This document shows, piece by piece, positions 58,536-64,000 of a stretch of 64,000 nucleotides of DNA. The DNA comes from Ascidiella aspersa (taxonomy: Eukaryota), in the NCBI GenBank assembly GCA_963924565.1, contig OZ004615.1, positions 6,882,001-6,946,000 of the forward strand, given 5' to 3'. A program made the translations under genes and the position numbers. The notes beneath the pieces were generated by a model. It was not told the origin of the DNA. It ran no database searches and worked only from the letters and a program-made list of their open reading frames with translations. Within the stretch, counting starts at the first letter, position 1; every line of letters begins with the position of its first letter.

Positions 58536-58753
58536 TTTTTGCTACCATTCGAAGTCATTGTCGTCACTTACGTGCATTAGGGCGAGGAGATATCTTCTTT
58601 TTCAAATATTCGGTTTGCATCTGTCAATAAATATATTAATTTACCTATATATATAGGCATGAAAAAAAATAATATTGTTTTTTTCAAATGGTATATGCTT
58701 AAATAAAGTAAAATCAATTTGCTTTTTTTAATTTTATGACTAAAGAGTAAATC

Positions 58754-59628
58754 ATGGGTTGCTGTGGAGGTGAAAATGACCACTCTGAAGATGAACCCCA
58801 TGGTAAGTTGAAATTATAGCCTTTTTTATTTTTATGTAACATATTGTAATTAGTTTATAGCATGGACTTTTTTCAATTTATATAAATTTGTAAGACTTAA
58901 GTTAACTACAAAATAATTGGCTTTGTTTTTTGTGATTTTATTTAAGTGTGACAGAATTTGTTTTGATGGTAGGTACTCAATAAATTATTTATGTCACTAA
59001 TGTATCTGATGTTTGTACATAACCTAAGCCTGAACACCTTGCCTGTTCAGCTAAATTATTGATATATAACTGACTAATTTGTGTTGTGCTATACCAATGT
59101 ATGGTTAACAATTTAGTAAATTCCCTCATATTGTGGCATGTATCATGTGTTTTGTGGGCCATGGTTTAAGATAAAATAAACGTTTGAGTCATCATAATGT
59201 TCACAAATTGTTTTATAGAATAATAATTTTTCTGGTGTGTGTTATTCAGACTCATAATGCTGTAGAGAGCCAAACTAAAGAATGCTTTTGTTGATGCATC
59301 ACAAAAGGATATTATGCCATTTCCTTTGCAGAAATTCTAATTACTGTGTTTTATAATGATTTTTTAAATAATAATTATTTAAGTGAAGCACTATGGCAAT
59401 GCCAAGGCCTCTGTTGCTGTCATGATTCAAAGTGGTGACTTTTTCTGTTGGTTTGTGAAAAACAAAACTTTTCCACGGATTCAAATCGCTCTTCCTGTTA
59501 TTCTCAGTAATCTCGTAACACAAATATGTACGTTGGTGCATTTTGTTTGCACAGTTGACGTCAATAGTCAGGGATCAGACTATGAGCAAAGCTTGGTTGC
59601 TTGCATAGTGGAAGGAATGGACCCATAA
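58754..59628 (+). CDS. Candidate small spliced gene: microprotein starting MGCCGG, or a non-coding host transcript
   Basis: Exon 58746-58802 (AG...G/GTAAGT) contains ATG 58754 and reads MGCCGGENDHSEDEPH, ending in phase 1. An upstream non-coding exon-like block lies at 58241-58333 (CAG...G/GTAAGC). Downstream acceptors occur before 59250, 59332, 59384 and 59555; the last two continue in frame to TAA 59628. The region is strongly CpG-depleted. The exon chain is ambiguous. Confidence 0.3.
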
Positions 59629-60132
59629 ACCGACACTAAAATGCCAAAAAATCGAACCAAAAAAATTTTAAAAATGTAAATTTTGTTTTAATATATATTT
59701 TTACATTGCTAAGGCTTAAGAACAGTTTCTAAATTGTGAATATTTATTCTCTGCCATGACAACGTAATTCTTTTTTTTCGTTGTTCCTTTTTAAACTTTT
59801 TTCTCTCTTTTGGTAACGATAAAACATATTCAATGAACAGAATCTTTATGCAAACAGACCTTAATTTAGATTTTTAAGAATTGATATCAATGCTGAAAGA
59901 AATTGCTCTTCCTGAAATAAAACATTCACACTTTTTATTTTGATTATAATAGAAGAGTAGGCCAAGTCAAAGTCATTAAACAGAAAGCAACTTTTAACTA
60001 GTTGTTAAAAATCAACACTTTGGTTGAATTGAACTCTGTGCCAGTTGAACAATATAAGTACAAATAAAATATCATAGTTTTAAATATTATACTACTGTTA
60101 GTTTGCACAAGGGGTAAAACGTCTATGTAGAC

Positions 60133-60754
60133 CAGTGGTCGACAAACTGTGGGCCGTGGCTTAAATGAGGGCCTTTAAGGTGTTTTTAGTGTACCATGAG
60201 TTATTTTTCAATAGTTCAGTTTCATCATGTAGTTGTGGGTCGCATAATAGTCGTACAGGCATACATTCTTTGTACTGTATTTTAAAGGTGTCACTCATAA
60301 ATTCGTTACGTATATGGTTTATAATTAAACCGTGACTGATTAGTCGTTGGTTTATTGTAAGCCGTGGCTCGTATACTATCCAGCTGGTACTTGCGTTTGT
60401 GTAGACAGGCGAATTACTGGAAGAACACAATACTGCAGAGAAATATTGTTTGAATGTCAAAAGGTGTTGTGTGTGCCTAAGATTTTTTATCTATCACATG
60501 GCCTCCAGGCCATGCCCATGTAAAATATATTTTTAGCAAGTTTAACTATAAAAATGCATTTTTTTAACTTTTTTTTTAAATGCCGTTATTTTAAGCAATA
60601 TTAAAATCTATTTTTTATGTGCCTCATACGAGGTATCGTTTTAACTAAAGTTTTGCCAGTTTAAAACAAACCTCTGTTACATAATTTTTGAAATTTGCAT
60701 GCCCCTAACCTGGACAAAAATCTGGGCCGTGACGCAAAAGTTTGTCGACCACTG
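60133..60754. mobile_element. hAT MITE with perfect 16-bp TIRs
   Basis: CAGTGGTCGACAAACT / AGTTTGTCGACCACTG; perfect TSD ATGTAGAC. Confidence 0.92.
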
Positions 60755-61430
60755 ATGTAGACCAAACAGTGACCCCGGGTATGTGATTTGTTCTTCCCAA
60801 AGCAACAAAGCTTTGTCTAAATATAAATGACTGAGCATGTGAGCCTGTGTATGAACTAATTTGCCAGGGCGAGGAGTTTTCGAAACCCTCATTGAACGGC
60901 ATAGCGAATGGGATTTTCAGTATTTGCCAGAATCCTTGTTTGCGAAGCAAAGCAATAATGCTGGAGAGCCCTCAAAGCCCCTTGTCCCGTGTCAGTTCTC
61001 CCGCTCTATTGAGTACACACAGCCAATGCGTCACAGCCTGGCGAATGGCCTATGTGACTTCGCGCGACAACCGGACAGCAAAAACAAGTGACGTTTTATC
61101 GAAGCCGACCGTTGCAATAACAGAGAACAGAACGGTTGCTGACGTCAGGCGTTTTTTTTGTCCATAAATGCTCAGCACCTTTTTGCAATCCATTTCCCAG
61201 TAGTCGTTACCTTGCCTGTTGTGCTGTCCGCTATTTTGACATTTCCCGGTTTCGACATTTTTTTTATCATCATCATGATATTATACCTCCTTTTAATCCT
61301 GAAGTCACAGTTTTATTTGAGCGGCCATATTAATTTTTTAGTCTTGTTAATCGTTTGATGGACAAAATACCAAATAGCTATAAAATATTTAGAGAAACAT
61401 ATTAGAGTAGACTGAAAAATTATTCTAAAC

Positions 61431-61680
61431 CAGGGGTTCTTCAATATTTTTAACGCGGAGATGATGTCATTTACGGTCCAACAAATGTGAAAAAATGAAA
61501 TAAAGTCAAAATGTATTTAAGGAGAAGGCGTCAAAGCAATTAAGTCAACTAATTTCCTTGTTAGAATATTTTAGATTTTTTAAAATTATACACCATAATG
61601 TCAGTTAGGAATTCATTGCCCCCCCTAGAACTAGTCCACGTACCCAAAGCGGTTTACGGACCCCAGTTTAAAAATGCCTG
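61431..61680. mobile_element. hAT MITE
   Basis: CAGGGGTTCTTCAA...GGACCCCAGTTTAAAAATGCCTG; perfect TSD TTCTAAAC. Confidence 0.8.
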
Positions 61681-62942
61681 TTCTAAACTAATATTATTGT
61701 ATCAACGAAAAATCAGAGTGACATCAATTAATTCTTATCACTCATAAATTCTTACGTATCTGGTTTATAATTAAACCGTGACTGATTAGTCGTTGGTTTA
61801 TTGTAAGCCGCTTTGTGGCTCGTATCCTATCCAGCTGGTGTTTGTGTAGACAGGCGAATTACTGGAAGAACACAATACTGCAGAGAAATATTGTTTGAAT
61901 GTCTAAACCGCGGTTTCAAATCGAACAGCTGCTCAAAACTCGTTAAAATGTAACGCAGGAGCTATCCTGTCTTGTTTGAAACAAATCCATTGAGACGATT
62001 TCAGGTCGGTTTGAAAGATAAAAGTGTACGTGACAAAGTGGTATGGAGTGTAGTATTTGCTGAACAAAACGATCTGCACCGCTGATGTGTTGTTGCTTAC
62101 GTAAGCAATGTGTGTGGCTCAAATTCGTAGGAAATTATGCTTACCGCCCACGTTCCATTTTGTACTCCCTGTTTCAATGCGAAGGTGTATTTTACAGCGC
62201 TGCTGACTTTAAAACTCAGTCCAATAAACCGCTTGTTTTTTTCCCATTTGATTTAGTGAATAAACCGTGTCAGTTTTGTGCTAAGGTAAATAGATAACCA
62301 AGTAAATCATCAGGTGTCATTGTCTTTTTCTGTCAAACCCATCTTAAACCACCAGTTTAACTCATGCTTGCACCACGCACTTCCTGCAGGCCTATTCCCT
62401 GGCCAAAGTTTAGCCAAACCTTTCAGCACCATCTTTAAAACATGAACGATTGCAAAATGCTACCGACCTGCTTTTAAGGCAGGCCATTCAGGGACCAATC
62501 ACGTATCTTGTTGAGCACACAGGATGGGCGAATCCCCGCAAACGCGCCAGCATCGCTAAGAATGCGCCGGTTGTATATACAAAGCTATATCTTGGTTTTA
62601 CAAATTTAATCTCCCGTTTTTGTTCCACTATGAGCATGCAGAGGAAGGCCCAAGGCAAGATGCCTGTTTATTATGACATTACAGTCCTGCACATAGACGA
62701 AAAGTATACAGTAGAGTTGCAATATTAGGCTGTTGGTTTTTCACCTATAAATTACATTTAAAGCATTAAACATTATAACTAACCTCTAAGAAAGCTTTTT
62801 TTTATGCTGTTTGAAGACACCCGGTGGCCCTCAAAGGGCGCTGTTTAATAAACTCTGGGCTGACATATGGCATATTTTGATCACTTAGTTGTTTTTATTA
62901 TCGACTCTGTCTTTAAAACTTCCGAATTCCGCAATACATTCC

Positions 62943-63019
62943 TTTTAAACTTGCATCCAATAACTTTTAAACTTTGCATCCAATAAGCTATATTTTAAAC
63001 TTTGCATCCAATAAGCTAT
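62943..63019 (+). repeat. Short tandem repeat, 3 copies of TTTTAAACT(T)TGCATCCAATAA(GCTAT)
   Basis: Directly visible in the sequence. Confidence 0.9.
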
Positions 63020-63504
63020 TGGACTGAAAAAAAAACTTACTTTGCTTTAAGTAAGTTTATACATTTTGGGATTTGTCACATTTTTTAATTGTTTACCGGG
63101 TAATATTTATCATATCTTGGTGATTTGAATAACAAGTTGATATGACCTAGTTCTGACGCCTGAAATCGTCATTCTTACAAAGTGAAGAAAGCGTTTTTTA
63201 ATGATCGGTTATGCAGATTAAAATTGAAACAGAAAGTTCACAGTTTACCCGATTGGAAATAAATAGGAACATAAATCAGAAAAAAAACAATGACAAGGTG
63301 ACTTTACAAAACAAAAATTCGAAGAAAAAGCTATCAGACGACCCGCTATAGTACACAGCGAAATTAGTAGATATTGACAAAAATCGCAAGTTGACTGTTT
63401 CGAACTGGGCATAAAAAAAAAAAGCGGAACTCGATTTACAAATGTACACGGAAACTAGCGCTGTTTGCGCAGTGGATAAACAAGTTTACTACAAGCCAAC
63501 AATG

Positions 63505-64000
63505 TTAGATCTGTTCCAGCAACTCGAGGGTGGGCTTCTTGACCTCGTCCATGTACGCCTTCTGGTATTCTTCCTTGAGGATAAGCTGCTTCTCAATCTC
63601 CTTGTCAATCACCTCCTGTTTCTCGGCCTGGCGTCTCAGACGCTCCTGGACCTGGTCCTCGCCCTCTTCCATTTCCTGACGCACCAGATCCCGGCCGTAG
63701 AAGACGGTCAGCTCGTTTTTCTCCTCGTTGTTGAAGCGCGCCCAGAAGTAGACGCTCAGCCGCTCGCCGCTGCCGTGCTTCACCACGAAATCGAGAAAGT
63801 CGCGAAAGCGCCGGTCGTCCTTGTCCTCGGCGGCCACGCGCATGCGCACGCCCTTGACCACGTTGATGACCTTGATGATCTCCTCCTCGTTGCCGCCCTC
63901 CACCGACAGGCCGGCGTAGGCCTCGACCGCGAAGGTCTTGTCGTCGTGCGCGTCGATGTCAATCTGCTTGGGCTTAAAGGGAAGCTTCTGCTCTTCGGTC
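63505..64000 (-). CDS. 3' end (last exon, truncated by window edge) of an unidentified protein with a C-terminal coiled-coil-like tail
   Basis: The frame is open from 63999 to TAA at 63505 (TEEQKLPFKPKQIDIDAHDD...LSVYFWARFNNEEKNELTVFYGRDLVRQEM...LELLEQI*). It has a strong GC3 codon bias against AT-rich flanks and is followed by a U-rich 3'UTR-like tract. Confidence 0.85.
   Translation of the reverse strand, partial: TEEQKLPFKPKQIDIDAHDDKTFAVEAYAGLSVEGGNEEEIIKVINVVKGVRMRVAAEDKDDRRFRDFLDFVVKHGSGERLSVYFWARFNNEEKNELTVFYGRDLVRQEMEEGEDQVQERLRRQAEKQEVIDKEIEKQLILKEEYQKAYMDEVKKPTLELLEQI

Noticed and set aside
62943-63019. Repeat array as CRISPR
   Set aside because: There are no unique spacers, no cas genes, and the context is eukaryotic.

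Overview
This is eukaryotic (animal) genomic DNA, not prokaryotic: it has GT-AG spliced genes, AT-rich introns and many non-autonomous hAT elements. Compact introns, mosaic CpG depletion and the gene content suggest an invertebrate chordate, most likely an ascidian/tunicate (inference only). Gene models were built by hand from splice sites with phase checks. (1) A 7-exon Atoh8/Net bHLH gene (-, about 1057 aa) surrounded by CpG-rich candidate enhancers. (2) A 10-exon Cdc7 kinase (-, about 640 aa). (3) A Toll-like receptor with an intronless CDS (-, about 1058 aa); its 26-LRR ectodomain, with a Z-loop-like insert, mirrors vertebrate TLR7/8/9. (4) An intronless PARP2-like gene (+). (5) An intronless eIF6 (-). 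(6) A candidate small spliced gene starting MGCC (+, about 57.7-59.9 kb) with a 69-bp hairpin in an intron. (7) The 3' end of an unidentified gene running off the right edge (-). About a dozen hAT MITEs are present, nine with 8-bp nnnTAnnn target-site duplications; one carries a copy of DNA found 1.4 kb away. No rRNA, tRNA or CRISPR array was recognised.
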